This document shows positions 22,316 through 34,127 of a stretch of 45,641 nt of DNA, one piece after another; the first letter of the stretch is position 1; each line of letters starts with the position of its first letter. Source of the DNA: Saprolegnia diclina VS20 (lineage: Eukaryota); assembly GCF_000281045.1 (NCBI RefSeq), contig NW_008246095.1, positions 361,087-406,727 on the forward strand, given 5' to 3'. The notes beneath the pieces are model-generated. The model ran no database searches. It was not told the DNA's origin and worked only from the letters and a program-made list of their open reading frames with translations. The translations under genes and the position numbers were made by a program.

Positions 22316-25300
22316 ATGGCGCCGGACCGCACCGTAACCTCCCAGTTCCCGCGCACGATGCGCAAGCTGCGAGAGCCGTGCACGGTACATCATTTCGAAA
22401 CATGTACATTCTTGACATGCCTCTTGCAGGTGCAGCGTATCTCGCTCGGGTGCCTCACGGCCAAGCACCCGGTCCGAAGAGTGTGTATCAAGATCCTCCA
22501 GTCGCCGTGGTTTGATCGGGCCATTATCCTCGCCGTATGCTGCAACACGGTGATTCTGGGCCTCGTCGACTATGAGAACGCGTGGGCCGAGGGCCCCAAC
22601 CCCAACATGGGTGTCAACAAGCTCATCGAGCAGTGGAATGGCGTGAGCCTCTACATTTTTGTGACGGAAATGTGCATCAAGATCGTCGCCATGGGCTTTA
22701 TCTTTGGCGACGGCGCCTACTTGCTCGACAGCTGGAACCGACTCGACTTTATCATTGTCCTCTCGGGGTACAACGCCTTCATGCCCCATGCACAAGTATC
22801 GATCAAGTTGGCGTAGGATGCTGTCGGTGTTCAACATCAAAGTCGGGTTTGTCCGCGTGCTGCGCGTCCTCCGACCGCTTCGAACGCTCCACACCTTTCC
22901 AGGTACCATCGATATGCTAAAGCGAGACTGCGACCTTGCTATAGGCCTCAAAGTGCTCACCAACTCGCTCCTCGCCAGTCTCCCAGCGCTCGGAAACGTG
23001 GCCATCTTGCTCGCCTTCATTTACGTCGTGTTTGCGATCCTCGGTATGGAGATTTGGCGCGGCACGTTCCACTCGCGCTGCCGCCTCACACCCTTCCCGG
23101 TTGCGCTACCATTTGACGCGCTAAATCCACCGGGCGCCAGCGCCTACCCCGTGAGCGCGGCGTACTTGGCCAAAGTCGTCGCCAACCCCGCGTGGTATCG
23201 GTGCAACAAAAGCGACGGGGCCGCGTACCTCGTGGACGAGACGTGGAATATACGCGCCAATTGCTTTTGGCCGCTCGACAGCGGCCTCCCAATGCCGCAA
23301 CTTTGCTCGTCGTCGGGCGGCCGCGCGTGCAGCGTGACTCAAACGTGCGGCTCCAACTTTGACGCGTACGGGAACGCGCGCTTTTTCGATATTGCAGGAC
23401 CGCTCCTCAATTTCTCCATCATGAGCGAACCCACGTTCAATGCAAATCTAAACTACGGGCTCACCAACTTTGACAACCTCGGCAACACGCTCATGGTCAT
23501 CCTTCAAGTCGTGACGGCGTCCGGCTGGATGGCGCTGACCGAGACGGTGCGTCTTGTATCCTCTTGTGGTGTCGCTAATGGGTGCTTGCACAGGCGCAAT
23601 GGGTCGGCAACCCAGCGTTAGCCGCCATCTACTTCAACTTGCTCCTCATCATTGGCATGTGCTTCTTGCTCCAGCTCAACATGGCCGTCCTCTTCACTGA
23701 GTTTGAGAAAGCCAAGGACCAGCAAGCCAAGGCCGCCCACGCAAGAGCGTACGACCCATCACATGGTTCTTGTGTCCATTGAGGCATGATGTAGCGTCGA
23801 AGTCATTAAACGTCTCTCGATGGTGCCGCCGCCGCCCGTCTCTGCGGCGCAGTCCAAGCGAATAGACTCGACCGACATTGTTGTCGCCTCGGCGTGGCGG
23901 AGGTGCCTCGTCCAGTGGCGGCTCCGCATTCGACAGGTCGTGCTCACGACAGCGTTCCGGCGGGTCGGCATCTTCATCACGCTGAGCAACGTCTTTGTCA
24001 TGTCGCTCAACCACACGGAGATGAGCTACACGTTCGCGTACAACTGCGAGGTGCTGAACTTTACCTTTATGATCTACTTCGGCATCGAGTCGCTTTTGAA
24101 AATGATCGCGCTCGAGCTCCGACCCTTCTGGGCGTACGTCCTGACGACTGTTCGTTGTTGTGCTAATATGTGACTAGGGACAAGTTTAACCGGTTCGACC
24201 TCTTCACATTTCTCATGGGCATTGTGGAAGCGATGTTGAACCCCCCGACGTTTATTGATGGCACGTCCGGCGGGTCGGGTCTCTTTACCGCGTTCCGCGT
24301 TGCGCGTGCGTTCAAGTTGGCCCGGTCCTGGAAGTCGCTCAACAAGCTCATCATGGCGATTCTCCATTCGTTTGGNNNNNNNNNNNNNNNNNNNNNNNNN
24401 NNNNNNNNNNNNNNNNNNNNNNNNNNNNNNNNNNNNNNNNNNNNNNNNNNNNNNNNNNNNNNNNNNNNNNNNNNNNNNNNNNNNNNNNNNNNNNNNNNNN
24501 NNNNNNNNNNNNNNNNNNNNNNNNNNNNNNNNNNNNNNNNNNNNNNNNNNNNNNNNNNNNNNNNNNNNNNNNNNNNNNNNNNNNNNNNNNNNNNNNNNNN
24601 NNNNNNNNNNNNNNNNNNNNNNNNNNNNNNNNNNNNNNNNNNNNNNNNNNNNNNNNNNNNNNNNNNNNNNNNNNNNNNNNNNNNNNNNNNNNNNNNNNNN
24701 NNNNNNNNNNNNNNNNNNNNNNNNNNNNNNNNNNNNNNNNNNNNNNNNNNNNNNNNNNNNNNNNNNNNNNNNNNNNNNNNNNNNNNNNNNNNNNNNNNNN
24801 NNNNNNNNNNNNNNNNNNNNNNNNNNNNNNNNNNNNNNNNNNNNNNNNNNNNNNNNNNNNNNNNNNNNNNNNNNNNNNNNNNNNNNNNNNNNNNNNNNNN
24901 NNNNNNNNNNNNNNNNNNNNNNNNNNNNNNNNNNNNNNNNNNNNNNNNNNNNNNNNNNNNNNNNNNNNNNNNNNNNNNNNNNNNNNNNNNNNNNNNNNNN
25001 NNNNNNNNNNNNNNNNNNNNNNNNNNNNNNNNNNNNNNNNNNNNNNNNNNNNNNNNNNNNNNNNNNNNNNNNNNNNNNNNNNNNNNNNNNNNNNNNNNNN
25101 NNNNNNNNNNNNNNNNNNNNNNNNNNNNNNNNNNNNNNNNNNNNNNNNNNNNNNNNNNNNNNNNNNNNNNNNNNNNNNNNNNNNNNNNNNNNNNNNNNNN
25201 NNNNNNNNNNNNNNNNNNNNNNNNNNNNNNNNNNNNNNNNNNNNNNNNNNNNNNNNNNNNNNNNNNNNNNNNNNNNNNNNNNNNNNNNNNNNNNNNNNNN

Positions 25301-27697
25301 NNNNNNNNNNNNNNNNNNGTCTCGGTCTTGCCGTACCTCATTGGCAATGCCAAAGGCGCGCTCTCAGGCCTCCGCGCGCTGCGTGCGTTTCGTGCGTTCC
25401 GGCCACTTCGCGTCATCAACAAGCTGCCACAGCTCAAGATCGTTGTCAACACGCTCTTCCGGTGCATTCCCGACATCATCAACGCGCTCGTCTTCTTCTT
25501 CTTCATGCTCTTCATCTTTGGCTTGATGGGCATCTCGCTCTTCAAGGGCGCCCTCAGCACGTGCTCGATCAGCCCGTACACGTACACCCAAGGCACGGGT
25601 ACGCCGGCGTTCCCCCCGTGGTTTCCGTCCGGGTACACCGGGGACTTTGTGACCAACATGACGAGTATCGACACGATGACATACCCGATCGCGTGGAAGG
25701 ACATGACGCTGAGTCAGAGAGCACCGTATGCAGCCGTATGGAACACAACCGACTGCGGGCCGTTTGCCGACAACTACAAGCCCACGTCCAAGCAAATCTG
25801 CCTCTGCTTTGCGACGACCCATGGTACCTCGTGGACGTCCCTTGTGCCACAGAAATTCGACAACATTTTCTGGGCCGTCGCTGGCTTGTACGAGCTAACG
25901 ACGATGGAGGCATGGTCGCTCACGGCCATGGCGGCCGTCGATTCNNNNNNNNNNNNNNNNNNNNNNNNNNNNNNNNNNNNNNNNNNNNNNNNNNNNNNNN
26001 NNNNNNNNNNNNNNNNNNNNNNNNNNNNNNNNNNNNNNNNNNNNNNNNNNNNNNNNNNNNNNNNNNNNNNNNNNNNNNNNNNNNNNNNNNNNNNNNNNNN
26101 NNNNNNNNNNNNNNNNNNNNNNNNNNNNNNNNNNNNNNNNNNNNNNNNNNNNNNNNNNNNNNNNNNNNNNNNNNNNNNNNNNNNNNNNNNNNNNNNNNNN
26201 NNNNNNNNNNNNNNNNNNNNNNNNNNNNNNNNNNNNNNNNNNNNNNNNNNNNNNNNNNNNNNNNNNNNNNNNNNNNNNNNNNNNNNNNNNNNNGGCGCTC
26301 TCGGTTCTCAACAGCGTCTTCACCGGCATCTTTACGTGCGAAGCGATTCTCAAACTCAACGCGTTTGGCTACGCCTACTTTGACGACGCATGGAACCGGT
26401 TCGACTTTACCATCGTCGTGTTTGCCTTGGTGAGCATTATCTTGCCGCTCGTGACAACGTCCGTGAGTCTCGGCGCCGAGCTGACCGTCGTCCGCGTCTT
26501 CCGCGTCGGGCGCGCGCTCCGGCTCATCAAGAAGGCCAAGCTCATGAAAAACCTCTTCGACACGCTCACCGTGTCGCTGCCAGCGGTGGGAAACGTCACG
26601 AGCTTGCTCATGCTCCTCTTCTACATTTACTCGGCCGTCGGCGTCCAGCTCTTTGCCAAAGTGGCATTCGACAACCAGCTCATCCATTCGTACCAGAACT
26701 TTCAAAATTTCTTCCGCGCGCTCCAAGCCCTCATTGGCTTTAGCACGGGCGAGAACTGGAACAACTTTACGTGGGAAATCTACTACACGTCGCCAGCGAC
26801 CAACCCGAACTGCGACGATCGCACCTTCAACGACCACATGTGCGGCTTCAACGACACGGACCCGGACTGCATTCCACTCGACGGCTGCGGCTCGTGGTTT
26901 ATTGTGCCCTTCATGTACTCGATGTACCTCATCATCGGGTACCTTGGCATGAACCTCTTCTCCGGTATCGTGATTGACGCGATTGGCGACTCGTCCGCCG
27001 CGTCCCCCGTGAACCCCGCGACGCTGGCCGAGTTTGCGGACCGTTGGGCCGAGTTTGACCCGCAGGGCGGCGGCTTGATCACGGCCGAAGAGCTCGCGGA
27101 CTTTCTCTACACCGTGTACCCCCCGTTTGGCTTCAAGTCCGTGCCGGGCTTTACACGACGCCGTGTCGTCATTGCGATTGGTATGTCATTGTGCGTTGCG
27201 ACTGACATGCTCAAGTCTTGCGTAGGAGAACTCGATATTCCCGTCTACGACAAGATCTACGTCCACTTCAAGGACGTGCCGCGGGCCCTCGTCATGCGCG
27301 TCTTGGCCGAGGTAGGTCCTGTCGTGCATGTCGTGCATGATGGGGTCTGAAGGCTATAAATTAGGGCAGCGTCACCAAGTACAACGAAATCAACAAGCTC
27401 ATGGACCAACTCGGCATCAACAAGCAGTTTGACGAACTCTGGCACCGCCGGCGCGGCAAGAAGCAAAAGGACCGGCTCTCGATGCGAGAGGTCGGCCGCG
27501 TCAAGGAGTACTCGGCCACCATCATGATCCAGCGCTTCGTCCAACGCGCGCGTGCCAAGCGATTGCGCGCCAAGATCGCTGCCACCGAGGGATCGTCGGC
27601 AGACCCCGAGCCTCCGTGCGAGTCGGCGGCGGTCCACGGAGAGTGTCTCATGTCGGTGGACGCCGAGGCGCATGAGGCGGCGACGGCCATTACGTGA
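22316..27697 (+). CDS. Four-domain voltage-gated cation (Cav/NALCN-Cch1 superfamily) channel alpha subunit, copy 1 (two internal gaps)
   Basis: S4 segments VRVLRVLRPLRTL, FRVARAFKLAR, LRALRAFRAFRPLRVI and VRVFRVGRALRLIK; pore loops VTASGW, TTMEAW and STGENW (domain II pore lies in a gap); C-terminal EF-like segment WAEFDPQGGGLI and IQ motif IMIQRFVQRAR. Confidence 0.9.
24376..25318. other. Assembly gap
   Basis: Run of N inside channel copy 1; size similar to the equivalent region of copy 2. Confidence 1.
25945..26293. other. Assembly gap
   Basis: Run of N inside channel copy 1. Confidence 1.
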
Positions 27698-27785
27698 AGC
27701 GTCTCCTTCTAAATGCTGTAAAGGCTCTGTAACATGTAGCAAGTTGTACGAAGCCCTCATTCGATAAAAATGTTTCGAGTGGATG

Positions 27786-28310
27786 TTAGCAAAATGGTTT
27801 GTCGGGCCACAGCCCGTGGGCCACGTCGTCATCGTCGGCCACAGTCGGATCCGTAGGCCTCTCCCCCATGACGTCATCGTGGTCGAGCACGATGTTGTCG
27901 GGGTCGATGCAAGTTGCGCTCCGTGCGTCGGCCATGTACATGGAGAAGGACACCTTGAACTCGTCGGTTTGGGCCCGCTTTTGCTGCATGCGCAGTCGGT
28001 CATGCTCGCGCCGAAGATTGCGCGCCTCTAGCGTCTCACTCTCTCGTCGCAGGCGCGCTCGCTCGCGGGCCTGCTGCTTCCACTTTTCCTTTTCGTCGTC
28101 CGAGGCGAGCTGCCGGCGCGCGGCCACACGGGCGCGGTTCTTCTCCCGGCGCCGCGCCGCCTCGTCGGCGCCCTCGCTGCGACGCAGCTTGGCCATGCGC
28201 AGTCGGCCTTTCGCCAACCGTTCCTCCTTCTCTTCCGGCGTCTCGCGGTAGCGTTTCCGGGCGGCGCGGGCGCGCGCGAGCTCCTTGGCGCGGTCCGTTG
28301 CGTCCTCCAT
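27786..28310 (-). CDS. STPR-repeat (4 x 23 aa) putative DNA-binding protein, 174 aa, intronless
   Basis: Four contiguous 23-residue units: ETPEEKEERLAKGRLRMAKLRRS / EGADEAARRREKNRARVAARRQL / ASDDEKEKWKQQARERARLRRES / ETLEARNLRREHDRLRMQQKRAQ, followed by an acidic tail. Confidence 0.75.
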   Translation of the reverse strand: MEDATDRAKELARARAARKRYRETPEEKEERLAKGRLRMAKLRRSEGADEAARRREKNRARVAARRQLASDDEKEKWKQQARERARLRRESETLEARNLRREHDRLRMQQKRAQTDEFKVSFSMYMADARSATCIDPDNIVLDHDDVMGERPTDPTVADDDDVAHGLWPDKPFC

Positions 28311-28439
28311 CGTCAAGTCCTTTTTACGGACTTTCGGACTTTCGGCCTCGAATAAGGCATGTCTAAAGATAGATCCTGAAAACGAAAAACAACCTTTGGG
28401 CCAAGTCGTGAAACAGCCGCGAACGGAGGCAGCAGCAGC

Positions 28440-31400
28440 ATGGGCCTGAGCGCGCCAGCGCAGATGTCCGCCTTGATGCAAAAGGCGAGCATGGGTCGAA
28501 CGTACCGCGATGCGAAGAAGGTACGTGGGCTCGGAATCTAGACGTCTTTCTCATGCCTCATGCAGGTGCAGCGCATCTCGCTCGGGTGCCTCACGGTCAA
28601 GCACCCTTTCCGAAGAGTGTGCATCAAGATCTTCCAGTCGCCGTGGTTTGACCGGATCGTGATCCTCGTCGTGTGCTTCAACACTGCGATCCTGGGCCTC
28701 GTCGACTACGAGAAAGCGTGGGCCGAGGGCCCCAACCCGAACGTGGGCTACAACCGCTTTATCGAGCTCTTCAACTCGATTAGCCTCTACTTCTTCGCAG
28801 CTGAAATGGCCATCAAGATTGTGGCCATGGGCTTTGTCGTTGGCGAAGGCGCGTACTTGAGCAACAACTGGAACCGCCTCGACTTTGTCATTGTGCTCTC
28901 CGGGTACGACGCTAAGGGGTTCAAATCATTTCTTATGGCACTATAGCATGCTCAATTGGCTCAACATCCGCGTTGGCTTTATCCGCGTCCTGCGCGTCCT
29001 TCGGCCGCTGCGGACGCTGCACTCGTTTCCCGGTCTCAAGATCCTCACCAACTCGCTCCTCGCCAGTCTACCAGCACTCGGAAACGTGGCCATCTTGCTC
29101 TCGTTCAGCTACATTGTGTTTGCGATTCTCGGTATGGAAATTTGGCGCGGCGGGTTCCACCCGCGCTGCCGCCTCACGCCCTTCCCGATTGCACTGCCAT
29201 TTGACCCGGCGACCGCTCCCGTCGGTGCGTACCCTGTGAGCCAGGCGTATCTGAACCAAGTCCTTGCCAACCCTTCATGGTACCGCTGCAACAAGACAGA
29301 AGGCGTCCCGTACGAGGTCAACGACACGTGGACGCAACCCATGGGGTGCTTTTGGCCGCTCGATACGGACGCCGACCCGACAATCTACACGCGTTTCTGC
29401 GTCGAGGCCGGTGAAGTCGGTCGGCAGTGCGGCCTCAAGACGTGGTGCGGCTCCAACTACGACAGCGACGGCCGCCCACGGTTTCTGGACATTGCGACAC
29501 GCGAATGGTCTTACTCGATCATGGCCCAGCCAACGTTTACGTCCAACCTCAACTTTGGGTTTACCAACTTTGACAATCTCGGCAACACGTTCATGATCAT
29601 CCTCCAAGTGGTCACTGCATCCGGGTGGATGGCACTTACGGAAATGGTACGTCGCTTCAAACACCTCGTTTGCCGACTTATGTTTGCTCAGACGCAATGT
29701 GCGGGCAACCCCGCGGTCGCGGCCATCTACTTCAACGCGCTTCTCTTCTTTGGCATGTGCTTCCTCTTGCAGCTCAACATGGCCGTGCTTTGTACCGAGT
29801 TTGACAAGGCCAAAGAGAACCAAGAGAAAATAGCCCGCGCCAACGAGTACGAAAAGTTGACGTGGTCGTCGTGACATGCAAGCATACATGTAGGGCCAAG
29901 CTCATTGCCGAGCTGCATGCCAGCATCAAGTCGCGTCTCTCGGCTGTGCAGTCCCAAGCGATCGCAAACAACAAGGCGGGAGAGCCCAACGTGGTCGTGG
30001 CGGCCCATCCGGACCACCAGCATCTGGGCGACGTCGTTGTCGGCTCGGCAGCGTCGCGCCACATGGTCATCCTGCGGGCGGCGGCAAGGAAGCTCGTCCT
30101 CAACGACAACTTTCGGCAGTTTGGTCTCGCCATAACGGTCGGCAACATCTTTGTCATGTCGCTCAACCACGCCAACCAAACCGATGCCTTCATGTACAAC
30201 AGCGAAATCGTCAACTTCGTCTTCCTCCTCTATTTTGTGTGGGAGTCGAGCGTCAAAATGCTCGGTATCGGCTTTGGTCCGTTCTGGCGGTACGCGTGTG
30301 TGTGCTCTGCCTTTGTCTAACGCTACGATGTGTAGCGACAAGTTTAATCGATTCGACTTGCTCACCGTGCTTTTGGGTGCGATCGAGTTTGCGACCAACC
30401 CGCCGACGTTCATCGACGGCACGCCGGGGGGGCCTGGTGCGTTCACGTCGTTTCGCGCCCTCCGCGCGCTCAAGATTGCACGGGCATGGAAGGGTCTCAA
30501 CAAACTCTTGACGGCCATTATGAAGTCGTTTGGCGAGATTCTCAACTTTCTCTTCTTCCTCGTCATTTTTTGCTACATCTTTGCGCTCCTCGGCATGGAG
30601 GTACTCATCGCGACCCTATTGTTTGTTTGTTTCTGATGGCGCGACTAGATTTTTGCGACCAAGTATCAATTTGACCAAAACAACTTGGCGCTGCCGTTCA
30701 ACAATACCAACCCTACGTCGCAACTGCATCGTAGCAACTATGACAGCGTGACATGGGCTGTCTTTACCGTCTTCCAAGTCATCACATACGACAACTTTCC
30801 GAGCGTCACGTACGACGGCTGGATCAGCGTCGGGTGGGCCTCGCCCGTGTACCATGCTTCGATCATCGTGCTGGGCGTTTGGGTCGTCATGAACATGTTT
30901 CTCGCGATTCTCGTGGGTGCGTGCATGGACGACGACGAAGGCGATAGCACCGAAACGATCCTTGACGACGCCACCGACGACGCGAAAGAGCCGCCAGGGC
31001 ACGTCGTCCGCAACGTGCGTCGGGCCAAGCGCGCGATGTTTCAATTGCTAACGTTCTTTGACGCGACCGTGTACGACCCAATTGCCGAAGAGAAGCGCGA
31101 GCATGCCAAGTTCCACCTCAACAAGGGCTACAGCCTCTTTGTCTTTGCGCCCGAGAACGTCCTTCGGGCGAGCTGCGTCGGCTTGCTCAAGCGGCGCGAG
31201 TGGTCGTGGTTCATATCGCTCTCGGTGTTTGTGTCGTGCATCTTTACCGCCATTGACACGCCGCTGCTGGACCCGAATTCGTCGCTCGGACTCTCGATTG
31301 CGGTCTCCAACAACCTCTTTGCGATCCTCTTCTCGATCGAGTTGGGCCTCACGGTCATCGCCAAAGGGCTCTTCTTTGGCAAAGACGCGTACGTCAAGGA

Positions 31401-33907
31401 CGCGTGGCGGCTTCTCGATGGCTTCATCGTGACCGTCTCGGTCTTGCCGTATATGATTGGGGGTGGCAACGGCGCGCTCTCGGCGCTGCGCGCGCTGCGG
31501 GGGCTTCGCGCCTTGCGCCCGCTTCGCGTCATCAACAAGCTGCCGCAGCTCAAGATCGTTGTCAACACGCTCTTCCGGTGCATTCCCGACATCATCAACG
31601 CGCTCGTCTTCTTCCTCTTCATGCTCTTCATCTTTGGCTTGATGGGGGTCACCTTTTTCAAGGGCGCCTTCAACTCGTGCTCGATCAGCCCGTACACGTA
31701 CACCCAAGGCACAGGCACACCGGCGTTCCCCCCGTGGTTTCCGTCCGGGTACAACGGAGACTTTGTGACCAACATGACGAGTATCGACACGATGACGTAC
31801 CCGGTCGCGTGGAAGGACATGACGCTTGCTCAAAGAGCGCCGTATGCAGCCGTATGGAACACAACCGACTGCGGGCCGTTTGCCGACAACTACAAGCCCA
31901 CGTCCAAGCAAATCTGCCTCTGCTTCGCGTCGACCCAAAATACGACCTGGAGCCCGGTCGTGCCACAGAAATTCGACAACATTTTCTGGGCCGTCGGTGG
32001 GTTGTACGAGCTGACGACGATGGAAGCGTGGTCGCTCGCGGCCATGGCGGGCGTCGACGCGACGGGCGAAGACATGCAGCCCATCATGAACACGAATCTG
32101 TGGATGATCCTCTGGTGGTGGGTCTACATGATTGTGTGCGCGTGGTTTGTGACCAACCTCTTCATTGGCATCCTCTGCGACAGCTTTTGCCGCGAGTCGT
32201 ACGGCGCTGTCGTCACCGAAGAGCAAATCAAGTGGATCAAACTGCAAAAAAAAGTCCTCGCGCTCGCGCCCCAAGTGTACTACCCGTCGCCCAAAGAGCC
32301 GTTCCGAAAACGCTGTTTTGAGATCGTGCACTATCGCTACACCGAGTACTTTGTGACTGCGTGCATCTTTCTCAACATTCTCACCATGTGCATGGACCAA
32401 TTTGGCGACAGCATCGCGTTCCAGAACGGCCTCACGGTGTCCAACTATGTGTTTACCGGCGTCTTTGCCGTCGAAGCGTTCCTCAAACTCAACGCGTTTG
32501 GGTGGGCGTACTTTGACGACACATGGAATCGGTTCGACCTCGTCATCGTCGTCCTCACGGTCGTTAGCATCCTCCTCCCGTTCTTTACAAAGTCGCTGAG
32601 TCTTGGCACGGCGATCACGGTCGTCCGTGTCTTCCGCGTCGGGCGCGCGCTCCGCCTCATCAAGCAGGCCAAGACGATGAAGAACCTCATCGATACGCTC
32701 ATCGTGTCGCTCCCGGCCGTCATCAACGTCACGAGCTTGCTCATGCTCCTCTTCTACATTTACTCGGCGCTCGGTGTCCAGTTTTTCGCCAAAGTGGCGC
32801 TCGACAACCAGCTCATCCACAAGTACCAGAACTTTCAAAACTTCTTCCGCGCGCTCCAAGCCCTCATTGGGTACAGCACGGGCGAGAACTGGAACAACTT
32901 TACGTGGGAAGTCTACTACACGTCGCCAGCGACCAACCCGAACTGCGTCGACCGGTCGTACAACGCGAGCATGTGCGGCTTTAACGACACCGAGTTTGAC
33001 TGCGTCCCGCTCGACGGCTGCGGCACGTGGGGGATCATCCCGTACATGTACTCGATGTACCTCATCATCGGGTACCTTGGCATGAACCTCTTCTCTGGTA
33101 TCGTGATTGACGCGATTGGCGACTCGTCCACCGACTCGCCCGTGAACGCCAACACGCTCGCTGAATTTGCCGAGCGCTGGGCCGACTTTGATCCGCGCGG
33201 GAGCGGCTTGATCACGGCCGAAGAGCTCGCAGACTTTCTCTACACCGTGTACCCCCCGTTTGGCTTCAAGGCGGTGCCGGGCTTTACACGGCGCCGCGTC
33301 GTCATTGCCATCGGTGGCTCCTCACTGCATCGCTCATGAGGTCTCACACATACCGTAGGTCAGCTTGACATTCCCATCTATGACAAAGTCTACGTGCATT
33401 TCAAAGACGTACCCCGGGCCCTCGTGACGCGGGTGCTGGCCGAGGTACGCCGACGTGCAACGCGGTCTCGCATCATCATGGGGGTAGGGCGACCCCGCCA
33501 AGCACGCCGAGATCAACAAGCTCATGGACCAGATGGGCATCAACAAGCAATTTGAAGAGATTTGGCACCGCCGGCGGGGCAAAAAGCAAAAGGAGCGACT
33601 CCTCCAGCGCGAAGTCGGGCCCGTCAAAGAGTACTCGGCGAGCGTCGTTATCCAGCGCTTCTTGACCAAGAGCAAGCTCCAGCGGCAATATGCGCGGTCG
33701 GCAACCTCCCGCCGCATCGTGACGAGCAACTCGCAGCCAGGACTCAACCCGGACGCGTCACCACCCCCGTTGGAAATGGACCAGAACCCCGAGGGTGCTG
33801 CCACCGACGGCCTTGAGCCGAGCCGCAACCGCCGCGATATGAACCTCGAGTCGATGGAGGGCCCGGACGCGGGCGAGACGTCGGGATCCGCGGCTGCAAG
33901 TTTATAA
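28440..33907 (+). CDS. Four-domain voltage-gated cation channel alpha subunit, copy 2 (complete)
   Basis: Exon 1 28440-28520, then four S1-S6 repeats with Arg-rich S4s; pore loops VTASGW, ITYDNF, TTMEAW and STGENW; EF-like WADFDPRGSGLI and IQ motif VVIQRFLTK; stop at 33907. Confidence 0.92.
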
Positions 33908-34044
33908 CTGTTTAGAGTGTAGTTGGTATAATTTATGATGTATACATTCCGTATTCAACCCATACCGTGCATCAGCATCATGATTGCGTGTACAACATGT
34001 CCTTCATTACCCAGCGTCACCGTCGGGTGCGATACCGCCATGGG

Positions 34045-34074
34045 ATTGGTTAAAATTCAAGTGTATTGCCCAAT
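34045..34074. promoter_or_regulatory. Divergent CCAAT pair upstream of CSN6
   Basis: ATTGG 34045-34049 and CCAAT 34070-34074, about 55-85 bp before ATG 34128. Confidence 0.55.
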
Positions 34075-34127
34075 CACACGACGTGCCTATCGAAATCCGC
34101 ACGCGCCAGGTTTCCATTTCCACAAGA

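Noticed and set aside
24163..26837. Long ORFs spanning N runs
   Set aside because: Artefacts of translating assembly gaps.
31048..32859. 603-aa antisense ORF over channel copy 2
   Set aside because: Shadow ORF caused by GC3-biased codon usage of the sense gene; no recognisable motifs.
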